Program-made: the position numbers and the translations under genes
Part shown: piece after piece, positions 47,618 through 57,554 of the stretch
Layout: every line of letters starts with the position of its first letter
How positions within the stretch are numbered: the stretch's first letter is position 1
The notes under the pieces: model-generated
What the model was told of the DNA's origin: nothing
Databases searched by the model: none
Seen by the model: only the letters and a program-made list of their open reading frames with translations
Assembly (NCBI GenBank): GCA_050309605.1
Contig: JBNRMN010000067.1
Location: 96,001 to 160,000 of the forward strand
DNA from: Anaerohalosphaeraceae bacterium
GTDB lineage: Bacteria > Planctomycetota > Phycisphaerae > Sedimentisphaerales > Anaerohalosphaeraceae
Reading direction: 5' to 3'
DNA: 64,000 bases

Positions 47618-48244
47618 ATGGCAGACCTGAAGGTGTTGTGTGATGCAATTATCAAAGGCGATCAAAAGACCGCCGTGGATGTGACCAAAGCGGCGCTGAG
47701 CGAGGGCATGGAACCGTCGGAGATTCTCAACGACGGACTGATTGCGGGGATGAACGTGGTCGGCGTGCGATTCAAGGCCAATGAGGTCTATATCCCCGAG
47801 GTGTTGATTGCCGCCCGCGCGATGAAAATGGCGATGGAGATACTGGAGCCGAAATTGATTGAAGCGGGTGTCAAGCCGCTGGGCAAGGCGATGATCGGCA
47901 CCGTTCAGGGCGATCTGCATGATATCGGCAAAAATCTGGTGGCGATGATGCTCAAGGGCGCCGGCTTTGAGGTGGTCGATTTGGGTGTGGATGTTTCGCC
48001 GGATAAGTTTGTTGCGATGGCCAAAGAAAACAGCCCCCAGATCGTGGGGCTTAGCGCGTTGCTGACCACGACGATGCCTGCGATGGAAAAGACGATTGTT
48101 GCGCTGAAAGAGTCCGGCGTTCCGGTCAAAACGATGATCGGCGGCGCCCCCGTGACCCAGGCCTATGCCGATAAAATCGGCGCCCACGGCTATGCCCCCG
48201 ACGCCGCCAGCGCAGTCGATCTGGCCAAAACGCTGCTGAATTAA
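47618..48244 (+). CDS. Corrinoid (B12-binding) methyltransferase cognate protein
   Basis: B12 cap domain (GLIAGM...YIPEVLIAARAM), GDLHDIGKNLV, GLSALLTTTM, MIGGAP. Confidence 0.95.
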   Translation: MADLKVLCDAIIKGDQKTAVDVTKAALSEGMEPSEILNDGLIAGMNVVGVRFKANEVYIPEVLIAARAMKMAMEILEPKLIEAGVKPLGKAMIGTVQGDLHDIGKNLVAMMLKGAGFEVVDLGVDVSPDKFVAMAKENSPQIVGLSALLTTTMPAMEKTIVALKESGVPVKTMIGGAPVTQAYADKIGAHGYAPDAASAVDLAKTLLN

Positions 48245-48318
48245 AGCGTGCTTTTGAACGCATTGCACGCTGCGCGCATACAGTTACAACGTAGGGCATA
48301 TGTCATCAACGAATCGTT

Positions 48319-48349
48319 CGCAGATGCCCGCATTCAGCGGGCATCTGCG
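48319..48349. terminator. Strong hairpin between convergent genes
   Basis: Perfect 13-bp stem CGCAGATGCCCGC/GCGGGCATCTGCG. Confidence 0.75.
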
Positions 48350-48370
48350 TTGATGCAAAGAGCACGGCGG

Positions 48371-49177
48371 CTACGTGGTGTGCATATGCACATCGCGCTG
48401 CGGGTATGGGATTGAAATGCCGTGGTCGTCAAAGGTCAGTTTGATTCGTTCGGTCAGGTCGAATTTCAATCCCCAATAATCCGATGTTTTCACCCAGGGA
48501 CGCACGACAAAGTCAACGCTGCTGTCCGCCAGTTCCGACACCGCGATTGTCGGCGCAGGCTCTTGAAGGATGCGGGCATCGTCGGCTATGATCTCTTGAA
48601 GAATCTGTTTGGCTTTTCTCAGGTCGGATTCATAAGAAACGCTTGCGACCAGATCAAGCCGCCGCGTGCCGGTGGCGGTATAGTTGGTGATGCTGCCGGC
48701 GGTTATCTGCCCGTTCGGCACGATAATAAGCAGATTATCGGGCGAGGTGAGGATGGTGTTGAAGATCTGTATTTCTTTCACTGTTCCGGCTTTGCCTGCC
48801 GCTTCGATATAGTCGCCCACCTTGAATGGTTTGAACATAATCAGCATCACACCCGCCGCGAAATTGGCAAGCGAGCCTTGCAGTGCAAAGCCGATGGCCA
48901 GCCCCGCCGCTCCAATGACGACGGCCAACGAGGTGGTGTCAAACCCCAGCGCATTCAGAGCCGCGATAATCACATAGGTCAGCAACCCGATATAGCACAG
49001 TTTCTCTATAAAGAGGCCAAGCGTTTTTTCAACTTTGGCTCGCGTGAGCAATCGACCGACGATTTTCGTGACTAATTTGGCGACCCACCGTCCGACAACG
49101 ACGATAAGAATCGCGGCCACGATTTGCAGTCCGTACGTTGCAAGGTACTCATAAATCTTGTCCAGTACATTTTCCAT
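48371..49177 (-). CDS. mscS: Small-conductance mechanosensitive channel
   Basis: GAAGLAIGFALQGSLANFAAGV, KPFKVGD, IIVPN, ISIPYPQRDVH. Confidence 0.95.
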   Translation of the reverse strand: MENVLDKIYEYLATYGLQIVAAILIVVVGRWVAKLVTKIVGRLLTRAKVEKTLGLFIEKLCYIGLLTYVIIAALNALGFDTTSLAVVIGAAGLAIGFALQGSLANFAAGVMLIMFKPFKVGDYIEAAGKAGTVKEIQIFNTILTSPDNLLIIVPNGQITAGSITNYTATGTRRLDLVASVSYESDLRKAKQILQEIIADDARILQEPAPTIAVSELADSSVDFVVRPWVKTSDYWGLKFDLTERIKLTFDDHGISIPYPQRDVHMHTT

Positions 49178-49558
49178 TGTGCCTTCCTTTCAGGTTTAAG
49201 AAGTGGGCTATGCGAACTGATTTGTTGGGGGATATTCTCCGCATCCGGCAGCGGCCCACACCCAGAGGTCTTGGGCCTGTATTATGGTATCTTCGTTTCT
49301 CCTCTTAAGGTCAGACGGTCAATGACAGTCCATCTCTGTTGATAACGGAATATTATAATCTTGCGGCAAAGAAAGTCAATATGACACTTTTCGCTTCAAT
49401 TTTTTCCTGAAACGCGATATAGTGGGGGTAGGGAGAGCGTTTTGTTTATTATCTAAGGTGCTCTGAGAAAACAGCTTATAGCATGAGGGACCCAGCGAGT
49501 TAGAGCAGGCTCCTCGACATGGTCATAACCGGCAAAGAATGAGAAAAAGGTGTCTGGA

Positions 49559-50584
49559 ATGAGAAAATGGACAATTGGTGTTATCGGGGCCGGGTCGATT
49601 GCACGGGTGCATGCTCAGGTCGCCGCGCAGTTGCCCAATGCGATGTTTGCCGGCTGCTGCGACGGCGGCTCGGGCCGGGCCAAGGGGATCTGTGCTGAAT
49701 TCGGCGGGCGGGCGTATGCCGATTACGATGCGATGATGGCCGATGAGTCGATTGACGTGGTGATGATTGCTACGCCCAGCGGACGGCATATGGAACCGGC
49801 GGTCGCGGCCGCCAAAGCGGGCAAGCACGTCCTGTGCGAAAAGCCGCTGGAGATTACGCCGGAACGCATTGATGCGATGATCGCCGCCCACGACAAGGCC
49901 GGCACGTATCTGGGCGGCATCTTTCAGAATCGTTTTACCGACGGCGTGCGTCATCTGCGCGAGGCGATTGCGCAGGGGCGGTTCGGACGGATTTCCTATG
50001 CCGGTGTGTATGTCCCCTGGTGGCGGCCGCAACGCTATTACGACGGCACGTGGCGCGGCACGTGGGCGCTGGACGGCGGCGGGGCGCTGATGAATCAGGC
50101 CATCCACATGGTCGATATGCTGTGCGACTTAATGGGGCCGGTCGTCGAGGTCAAGGCCGTGGCCGATACGCTGGGGCATACCATCGAGGCCGAGGATACC
50201 GCCGCGGCGGTGGTGCGGTTTGAAAACGACGCGGTCGGTCTGATTTACGGCACGACCGCCTCCTGGCCCGGCCGGCCCAGACGCTTTGAGATCACCGGCA
50301 CGCAGGGCACGGCGATCTATACCGATGATCGGCTGACCGTCTGGGAGTTTGCCGAGCCGCAGCCGGACGATGAGGCGATTCTCAAAGGGATGCAGGCGAG
50401 CAATCGCACCGGCGGCGCGGCCGACCCCAAAGACATCAGCTCGGACTATCATCGCCGTAATCTGGCCGCATTTCTGGAGGCCATCGAACAGAACAAGCCG
50501 TTTGAGCTGGACGGTCGCGAAGCTCGAAAATCCGTCGAGCTGATTTTGAAGATCTATGCCGACGCCCATATCGGCAAAGTCTGA
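49559..50584 (+). CDS. Gfo/Idh/MocA family oxidoreductase
   Basis: IGVIGAGSIA, GKHVLCEKPL, WRGTWALDGGGALMNQAIH. Confidence 0.95.
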   Translation: MRKWTIGVIGAGSIARVHAQVAAQLPNAMFAGCCDGGSGRAKGICAEFGGRAYADYDAMMADESIDVVMIATPSGRHMEPAVAAAKAGKHVLCEKPLEITPERIDAMIAAHDKAGTYLGGIFQNRFTDGVRHLREAIAQGRFGRISYAGVYVPWWRPQRYYDGTWRGTWALDGGGALMNQAIHMVDMLCDLMGPVVEVKAVADTLGHTIEAEDTAAAVVRFENDAVGLIYGTTASWPGRPRRFEITGTQGTAIYTDDRLTVWEFAEPQPDDEAILKGMQASNRTGGAADPKDISSDYHRRNLAAFLEAIEQNKPFELDGREARKSVELILKIYADAHIGKV

Positions 50585-50645
50585 TTACCCGCTTGATTTG
50601 TCTTTAAGTGCACATACAAACGACAATGCCAATACAGGATGCCAA

Positions 50646-52775
50646 ATGACTTCAGCACGAATAACACGGTCCGAATCATTCCTTTCCCCCACCCTTTTGC
50701 CGGTCGGCGCTGCATTGCTTGTGTTCTTGATAGCAGGTGGTTGGGCACGCGACGGTCTTGCGGCGGCGGTCGAATATGACCTGTCCACATCGCTGATTTC
50801 AAACGGCGGTGCCGAAGCGGGCTTAGCCGGCTGGCAGACCGACGGGGCGGTTTCGGTTCAAAGCGATGATTCGGCGTCAGGCCGCTGGTTTCAACTGGTC
50901 GCCTCCGACCGGGCTGCGATACTGCAAACGCCGCCGCTGCCGGTGCGGCGCAGCGAAGCGATCCGACTGAACTATCGCCTCAAGGCCGATATTCAACCTA
51001 TCGCCGCCGTGATCCTCCGCAATTGGGCCGCCGACGGACAAACGCCGCTCAGCCAAATCCGTTTGCCGCTCGAAGAGACCGGCGGACGGTGGCGTCAACA
51101 GACCCATCACATCACCACCGATCCAAAGGCGTATTTTGTGGATGTTCGGTTCGTGCTGAATCCGTCGGCCCCTTCGTCGGCGTCTGTTTTTATTGACGAT
51201 GTGGTGCTGTCTCGTGAAATCCGGTATGAGCCGATGTATGCCGATATCCAACCGTTGTCTGCAAACGATACGCTCTATGTCTTTACCAAAGGGCCGGATC
51301 GAGAAAACAATCAGTTTGTCGCCATCCAGACGCTTCAGGGCGTGACGGCCCGCACGGATCGGCCGCGGCTGTGGATTGATATGGGCGATGACACCTTCGT
51401 TCGCGACTTGGAGCGGCGGTATCAGATTCGATTTGACCGGTCGATGGCTCGCGATTGTGCAGGTCTGCTCAAGACGCTCAAGCCTTATACCAGCGGCCGC
51501 TATGTGCTGTATTCGATGCGGGATCGGGCGTCGCTGTCGGCGGCGGCCACCCTGGCCGGGATTCTGGATGCGGTGGCGGTCGATACCGACCTTGAACAGA
51601 CCGTCATCGACCTGGGTTACACCCTGGCGGTCGATGTCCGCGGCAAGGACGGACAGTGGGTGTTTGAGAACTACCGGGAACAGATCAATGACAATTTGAT
51701 TATCGTTCACACCAACGATCCTCGTTTTCACCGCAGCGCGTATCATCTCAAGGATTGGCCGGCCGCCACGCAGGCCCTGTCGTGGTGGCACAACGATGAG
51801 GCTCTCTCACGCCGGGTCTTTGGCGGTATGGCGCCGTGTTCACCGGTTTATGGCTGGCTCAATCCGGTTACCGGCCGGGACGAGGGGCTGGCCGTACGGC
51901 TGCACTCGGAGCAAGGGCTGTTTCAGATTCCCAGCGACTGGATGGTGAACCTGTCCGTGCACGCTTCAATGGGGCACGCCTTAAAAGACAAGACGTTCAG
52001 GCAGATCGCCCCGCGCCGGTCGCCCGTTACCGAAAAGGAGGTGCATTACGTTACATTCATCATGAGCGATATGGATAATATTCTGACCGAGATCGGCACG
52101 AATTCATTTTATTCGACGCGGAAGTTTTATCGCAGCCCTCATCGCGGCACATTCCCGATGACGTGGGGAATGGCCCCGTCGCTGGTGGAACTGTCGCCCA
52201 ACGGCGTGGCGATGTGGTATCGCGATGCGACACCCAACGATGTGTTCATTGCCTATTGTGGGCTGGGGTATTCGTATAACAGCGTCTCGCCGTATTTGCA
52301 GACGCACGCCAAACGGCTCGGCGAATGGATGGAGCGTGCCGACTTGCGGGTGCTGCTGCTGATAGATTACGTCCTGCCGCACGATACGCTGGACGACAGC
52401 TATTACGAATCGGCCCGGTGGTTTACCGCCCTGGAGCAGGTTGAGGGGCTGATTTATCTTGAATACATTCAGTACGCCCCGCACGATGGAAAGATCCTCT
52501 GGTTTGACGGCAAGCCGATGGTGACGGCACGGTTTGATTTTCGCCAGGAGACGTTTTACCCGGCGGTGCGGCCGACCGCCGCGGCTCTGGCCGAGAGCAT
52601 CAACGCACTGCCGGCCGATCCGTCCCGCCCGGACGGCTATACGGCGGTGACCGTTCATGCCTGGAGCAAAGGGATGGACGATATTGCCGAGGTCATTGGA
52701 TTGCTGGATGACGATGTACGTGTCGTGGATGCCGAGACCTTTATCCGGCTCATTCGGCGGAATCTGAAACCGTAA
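50646..52775 (+). CDS. GxGYxYP-family putative glycoside hydrolase with an N-terminal CBM-like domain
   Basis: LISNGGAEAG..GW CBM-like start; TLQGV, PVYGW, NLSVH, HYVTFIMSDMDN, GLGYSYN, VTVHAWS; start uncertain. Confidence 0.8.
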   Translation: MTSARITRSESFLSPTLLPVGAALLVFLIAGGWARDGLAAAVEYDLSTSLISNGGAEAGLAGWQTDGAVSVQSDDSASGRWFQLVASDRAAILQTPPLPVRRSEAIRLNYRLKADIQPIAAVILRNWAADGQTPLSQIRLPLEETGGRWRQQTHHITTDPKAYFVDVRFVLNPSAPSSASVFIDDVVLSREIRYEPMYADIQPLSANDTLYVFTKGPDRENNQFVAIQTLQGVTARTDRPRLWIDMGDDTFVRDLERRYQIRFDRSMARDCAGLLKTLKPYTSGRYVLYSMRDRASLSAAATLAGILDAVAVDTDLEQTVIDLGYTLAVDVRGKDGQWVFENYREQINDNLIIVHTNDPRFHRSAYHLKDWPAATQALSWWHNDEALSRRVFGGMAPCSPVYGWLNPVTGRDEGLAVRLHSEQGLFQIPSDWMVNLSVHASMGHALKDKTFRQIAPRRSPVTEKEVHYVTFIMSDMDNILTEIGTNSFYSTRKFYRSPHRGTFPMTWGMAPSLVELSPNGVAMWYRDATPNDVFIAYCGLGYSYNSVSPYLQTHAKRLGEWMERADLRVLLLIDYVLPHDTLDDSYYESARWFTALEQVEGLIYLEYIQYAPHDGKILWFDGKPMVTARFDFRQETFYPAVRPTAAALAESINALPADPSRPDGYTAVTVHAWSKGMDDIAEVIGLLDDDVRVVDAETFIRLIRRNLKP

Positions 52776-52806
52776 GGCGGTGATGAATGAAAGCGAGGGG
52801 TTGCGG

Positions 52807-54324
52807 ATGAGACGATTCAAACAAGTCGTATGCCTGGCCGCGGTATTCATGGTCGGGGTGATGGCGGCCGGTTTTGCGTCAACGCTGCCTGAACCAAGGC
52901 CGGACTCACTGCCGCGCTGGCGAGGGTTTAATCTGCTTGAAAAATTCATCAAGGGCGGTTCGAGCGGCGGGCCGTATCGGCAGGAGGATTTCCGGCTTAT
53001 TTCCGAGTGGGGATTTAACTTTGTTCGCCTGCCGATGGACTATCGGTTCTGGATCAAAGACGGCGACTGGACGCAGATTGACGAAACGGCTTTTGCCGAT
53101 ATCGATCAGGCCATCGCCTTCGGTCGCAAGTACGACATCCACGTCTGTATTAATTTTCACCGCGCACCGGGCTATACCGTTGCTCAGCCGCCTGAACCGG
53201 CCGATCTGTGGACGGATTCGCAGGCTCAGCACGTTTGTGCAAAGCATTGGGCGTATTTTGCCCGTCGATACAAAGACGTGCCCAACACCCATTTGAGTTT
53301 CAATCTGCTCAACGAGCCGGCGGATATCGACGGCCGGACGTACTATCGTGTGGTCGAAAAGCTCGTCGCGGCTATTCGGGCAGAGGATCCGAATCGGCTG
53401 ATTATTGCCGATGGACTGAACTGGGGCAAACAGCCGTGCGAGGAACTGTTCCGCCTTGGCGTTGCGCAAGCGGCGCGCGGCTATGAGCCGTTTGCGCTGA
53501 CGCACTACAAGGCAAGCTGGGTCGCCGGTTCGCAGTCCTGGCCGGTTCCGCAGTGGCCTGCGCCGGTGGCCGGCGGCGGTTATCTGTACGGCCCGACCAA
53601 GCCCGAACTGCGTTCACCGATGAGGCTCAATGTGAATCTTCACGCCCCGGCCACGCTGACGCTGACGGTCGGGACGGTTTCGGCTTCAGCACATCTGGTC
53701 GTGTGGCAAGGCGACGAAGAACTCTGGTCGCAGACCTTCACGCCCGGCCCCGGCGAGGGGCCGTGGAAAGAGGTGGTCTTTCGACCCGAATGGAATGTGT
53801 ATCAAAATGTTTATGATCGGTCTTATGAGGTTTCGCTTTCGGCCGGACGTTATCTCCTGACGCTGGACAATGTCCGGGGCGATTGGCTGACCCTGACCGG
53901 TCTAAAACTGAGGACGCAGGACGGCACGGCTGTCGATTTTCCGATTCGTCCGGAGTGGGGCCGGCCCAATGAACCGCTCCGGGTCGAATCGGATGCGAAC
54001 GGCTGCCGATTTGTCGCGCCGCGCCGTCAGGATGCCCACTGGCTCTGGCAGACGGTATTTAGCCGCTGGCACACGGCACGTGGTCAGGGCATCGGCGTAA
54101 TGGTTGGCGAGTGGGGCGCGCACAACCGAACCCCGCACGAGGTGACGCTGCGCTGGATGGAGGATTGCTTAAAAACGTTTCAGCACGCCGAAATCGGCTG
54201 GGCACTGTGGAATTTTCGCGGTTCGTTCGGCATTCTTGACAGCGGACGAACCGATGTCCCATACGAAGACCTTGACGGCCTTAAACTCGACCGAAAAATG
54301 CTTGAGCTGCTTCGGCGATATTGA
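52807..54324 (+). CDS. GH5 family glycoside hydrolase with an inserted beta domain
   Basis: WRGFNL, GFNFVRLP, NFHRAPG, FNLLNEP (acid/base), MVGEWG (nucleophile), GWALWNFRGSFG; start 52780 or 52807. Confidence 0.92.
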   Translation: MRRFKQVVCLAAVFMVGVMAAGFASTLPEPRPDSLPRWRGFNLLEKFIKGGSSGGPYRQEDFRLISEWGFNFVRLPMDYRFWIKDGDWTQIDETAFADIDQAIAFGRKYDIHVCINFHRAPGYTVAQPPEPADLWTDSQAQHVCAKHWAYFARRYKDVPNTHLSFNLLNEPADIDGRTYYRVVEKLVAAIRAEDPNRLIIADGLNWGKQPCEELFRLGVAQAARGYEPFALTHYKASWVAGSQSWPVPQWPAPVAGGGYLYGPTKPELRSPMRLNVNLHAPATLTLTVGTVSASAHLVVWQGDEELWSQTFTPGPGEGPWKEVVFRPEWNVYQNVYDRSYEVSLSAGRYLLTLDNVRGDWLTLTGLKLRTQDGTAVDFPIRPEWGRPNEPLRVESDANGCRFVAPRRQDAHWLWQTVFSRWHTARGQGIGVMVGEWGAHNRTPHEVTLRWMEDCLKTFQHAEIGWALWNFRGSFGILDSGRTDVPYEDLDGLKLDRKMLELLRRY

Positions 54325-54493
54325 AGAGTATTCTTCTTTGTCCAGACCCCTTCAACCGGTGGCGTTTGATGCGGGCCTAAACCCAGTCGGGATGCAGAAA
54401 CAATGCCGGCTGCAAAATGGAATCGCAAAGGGGGAACGGTCCTGGAAGTCAGCGCTTGCGAAAATCCGAGCAAGCGCGGATAATAGGGGGGTT

Positions 54494-56137
54494 ATGAAGA
54501 TTCGGATTCATCATCCTGCGTTGCGAGAATTGTTCGATCAGTTTCGCTTTGCGCCGACTCGCCAGCAGCACAAATATATGGCCGCGGCCGAGAAGCTGAT
54601 GCTGATCATCGATCCTGATCAGGAATACCCTTATGAGTTCATTGTTTTTCGAATCACCGGGTTTCGTCCGACCGGATTCAAATATGAAGACTGCCTGATC
54701 GCCGGACGCGAGTTATTGGCGGATTTGCGGGTCTGGCTGTCGCAGGTCAGCGGACGGCTGGAAGTGCCGACCGCGATGCAGCAGGAGCGAATCTTCACCG
54801 TCGAAGCGTTGGCCGGGCGGTTTTCGGTCTCGGAAAAAACCATCCGCCGCTGGGAAAAGCGGGGGTTGACCGGTCGGATTTATGTGTTTGAAGACGGCAA
54901 AAAACGCAAAGGCTACGCCGAGTCGGCGGTGCTTCAGTTTGAGCGGGAACATCGCGGCTTAGTGACCCGCTCGGCGCGGTTTACCAAGCTGAATCAGGCC
55001 GAAAAGGAAACAATTTATCAATTGGCGCGCCGGTGGGCAGGCTCACAGCCGCTGCGCTCTCGAAACGAGCTGCTTAAACGGCTCAGCGAGCGCACCGGTC
55101 GGGCGCGCGAAACCCTTCGCGTCGTTCTGGAGCAGATGGAACAGCAGCACGGACCGTGCGGTGCGCTGCCGGTGTCGCGCGGACGTCTCAGCGCCCGTGA
55201 GGCGGCTCAGATTTACAAACTGCATCGTCAGGGCGTGCGTATGTGTGAACTGAGTGAGCGGTTCAACAAAAGCCGAAGCTCGCTGTATCGCATCATCAAT
55301 CAGCATCGCGCCCGCGAACTGCTCAACCGAAAAATCGATTATATCGACAGCCCTGCGTTTATCGCCCAAGACGCCGAAACCCGCCTGCTCAAGCCGCCGC
55401 TTGAGACGCTGCTGGCCGACTCAAAAGACGGCGGCGGTCTGCTGACCCGTACGCAGGAGTCGGCGCTGTTTTGCCGGTATAATTTTTTGAAATGTCTGGC
55501 CGCACGAGAACGCGCCAAACTACGCCCCAAACAGCCGGCCGTTGCCCGCTTACGGCGGATTGAGACGCTGCTGGAGCAGGCCGATCGCGTCAAACAGCAT
55601 ATCATCGGCGCCAATATGCCGTTGGTGGTCAGCATCGCCGGGCGTCATTTGTCGGCGGGATTGACCATCAATGAACTCATCGGTGAAGGCACCCTGTCGC
55701 TGATGGCGGCGGTGGAGAAGTTTGACTACACGCGCGGCTATCGGTTCAGCACCTATGCCGGCTGGGCGATTGCCAAAGACTTTGCCCGCAAGATTCCCGC
55801 CGAGGCTCATCGGCCCGACCGCGCCGGCGGTTCGGATGTCGCCGGTCTGCCGTATGATTTTCGGCTCGGCAATTTGCCCGATATCGCCGCGGTCGAGCAG
55901 GCGCAGCACGATTTAATCAGCGTGATCAACAGCAATCTTGATCAGCGTGAACGGTTTATTATCCTGAATCATTACCCGCTGGATACCGGCGTGATTAAGA
56001 AAAAGCCGATGACCCTCAAGCAGATCGGCGACGAACTGGGGCTGACCAAGGAGCGCGTCCGGCAAATTGAGCTGCAGGCCCTGCAGAAACTTCGCCACAG
56101 TCTCAGCCCCGAACAATTCGACCTGCTGACCGGCTGA
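54494..56137 (+). CDS. Sigma-70 family factor with a long N-terminal multi-HTH extension
   Basis: ANMPLVVSIA...AVEKFDYTRGYRFSTYAGWAI (region 2), TLKQIGDELGLTKERVRQIE (region 4); TTGCGA-N17-GATAAT just upstream supports ATG 54494. Confidence 0.88.
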   Translation: MKIRIHHPALRELFDQFRFAPTRQQHKYMAAAEKLMLIIDPDQEYPYEFIVFRITGFRPTGFKYEDCLIAGRELLADLRVWLSQVSGRLEVPTAMQQERIFTVEALAGRFSVSEKTIRRWEKRGLTGRIYVFEDGKKRKGYAESAVLQFEREHRGLVTRSARFTKLNQAEKETIYQLARRWAGSQPLRSRNELLKRLSERTGRARETLRVVLEQMEQQHGPCGALPVSRGRLSAREAAQIYKLHRQGVRMCELSERFNKSRSSLYRIINQHRARELLNRKIDYIDSPAFIAQDAETRLLKPPLETLLADSKDGGGLLTRTQESALFCRYNFLKCLAARERAKLRPKQPAVARLRRIETLLEQADRVKQHIIGANMPLVVSIAGRHLSAGLTINELIGEGTLSLMAAVEKFDYTRGYRFSTYAGWAIAKDFARKIPAEAHRPDRAGGSDVAGLPYDFRLGNLPDIAAVEQAQHDLISVINSNLDQRERFIILNHYPLDTGVIKKKPMTLKQIGDELGLTKERVRQIELQALQKLRHSLSPEQFDLLTG

Positions 56138-56149
56138 CGGCCGCGGGGG

Positions 56150-57202
56150 TTAGATTATCAGCATCGCATCGCCGTAGGAATAGAAGCGGTATCGTTGCGC
56201 GACCGCGTGGCGATAGGCGCCCAGCACCGTGTCCAACCCGGCAAACGCCGCCGCCAGCGCCAGCAGCGTAGAGCGAGGCAGGTGAAAATTGGTCACCATT
56301 GCATCGACGATGTTGAACGTATAGCCGGGCATAATAAACAGCCGCGTGCGTCCGGAGGCCGCCGCCAGCGTGCCGGCAGCGTCGGCAACGCTTTCAAGGG
56401 TGCGTACACTCGTCGTGCCCACGGCGATGATGCGGCCGCCGGCCCGGCGTGCGGCGTTAATGGTTGCGGCCGCTTCGGGGCTGACGTGGTAAAACTCCTC
56501 GTGCATCAGATGCGCATCAAGCGTGTCAGTCTGGACGGGGCGAAATGTGCCGATACCGACATGCAGCGTCACATAGGCCAGCCGAACGCCCGCGGCCTCA
56601 ATGCGTTCAAGCAGGGGTTTATCAAAATGCAGACCCGCCGTGGGGGCCGCCACCGCGCCGGGCTGAGCGGCATAAACCGTCTGATAGCGCCGCAAGTCCT
56701 CTTGCGTTTCAGGGCCGGCGGCGGCGCGTTTGATATAGGGCGGCAGGGGCGCAAAGCCGATCTGTTCAAGCAGGCCGTCCGGCGACTGGGTGCAGGCCGG
56801 TTCCAGTCGCCACAGGCCGTCTTTGAGCCGTTCGGATGCGACGGCCTCCATCGCGGGCTGACCGTCCCGATCCAGCAGGATCAGCGTATCACCCGGCCTG
56901 AGCTTGCGGGCGTTTTTGAGCAGAACCTGCCAGCGGCCGTCGGTCTCTTGCATAACGAACAACCCCTCCAGCCGCGCGCCGGTCGGTTTTTGAGCGTAAA
57001 AGCGGGCCGGCAGCACCTTGGTATTGTTCAGCACCAGACAGTCGCCCGCCCGTAAGTAGGAAGGCAGGTCGGTAAACATCCGGTCGCTCAGCGCCCCGTC
57101 GGTCCGGTTCAGCACCAGCAGCCGCGAGGCCCCGCGTTTGTCGGCCGGCTTTTGGGCGATCAGCTCATCCGGCAGCGTGTAATTCAGCAATTCGGTTTTC
57201 AT
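56150..57202 (-). CDS. queA: S-adenosylmethionine:tRNA ribosyltransferase-isomerase
   Basis: YTLPDELIAQ, PLPPYI, YQTVYA, AAPTAGLHF, VGTTSVRTLE, TNFHLPRSTL, YRFYSYGDAM. Confidence 0.98.
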   Translation of the reverse strand: MKTELLNYTLPDELIAQKPADKRGASRLLVLNRTDGALSDRMFTDLPSYLRAGDCLVLNNTKVLPARFYAQKPTGARLEGLFVMQETDGRWQVLLKNARKLRPGDTLILLDRDGQPAMEAVASERLKDGLWRLEPACTQSPDGLLEQIGFAPLPPYIKRAAAGPETQEDLRRYQTVYAAQPGAVAAPTAGLHFDKPLLERIEAAGVRLAYVTLHVGIGTFRPVQTDTLDAHLMHEEFYHVSPEAAATINAARRAGGRIIAVGTTSVRTLESVADAAGTLAAASGRTRLFIMPGYTFNIVDAMVTNFHLPRSTLLALAAAFAGLDTVLGAYRHAVAQRYRFYSYGDAMLII

Positions 57203-57241
57203 GGCCGCAAAGCGTATCCTAAACAGAGTGAGTTTTCAAGT

Positions 57242-57268
57242 TAATCGAGCCGCCAAAAACTCCGATAA
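57242..57268 (+). promoter_or_regulatory. Sigma28-like promoter
   Basis: TAATCGAG-N11-TCCGATAA; the -10 is identical to that of flagellin 1. Confidence 0.5.
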
Positions 57269-57312
57269 AGCCCGAATGGACAAGACAACATTGATTTCGG
57301 AGTGATGGATAT

Positions 57313-57528
57313 ATGTTGATGGATGTAGATTTTGAGACGGCCTGTGCGAAAGTCACGGCGATGAGTAAATCCGAGGTGACCTGGCAACTGCTTCATTTTA
57401 ACGGTCCGCTTCATTTGGATTTTACCGCCGAGTACCTCAATACGCTGGATGTGGACAAACTCCGTCATATCCTTCTGGCCGCCCTGATTACGTCCCGCCG
57501 AAAGGAAATCAGCTGCCCAAGAAATTGA
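57313..57528 (+). CDS. Small hypothetical protein (71 aa)
   Basis: GGAG upstream, amphipathic helices (LDFTAEYLNTLDVDKLRHILLAAL), own promoter-like site, divergent from queA. Confidence 0.65.
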   Translation: MLMDVDFETACAKVTAMSKSEVTWQLLHFNGPLHLDFTAEYLNTLDVDKLRHILLAALITSRRKEISCPRN

Positions 57529-57554
57529 ACCTTTAACTTAAAGGTTTTAAGAAG

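Noticed and set aside
49180..49345. mscS 5' leader as a riboswitch (c-di-AMP, fluoride)
   Set aside because: Has small hairpins but lacks the consensus elements of those families
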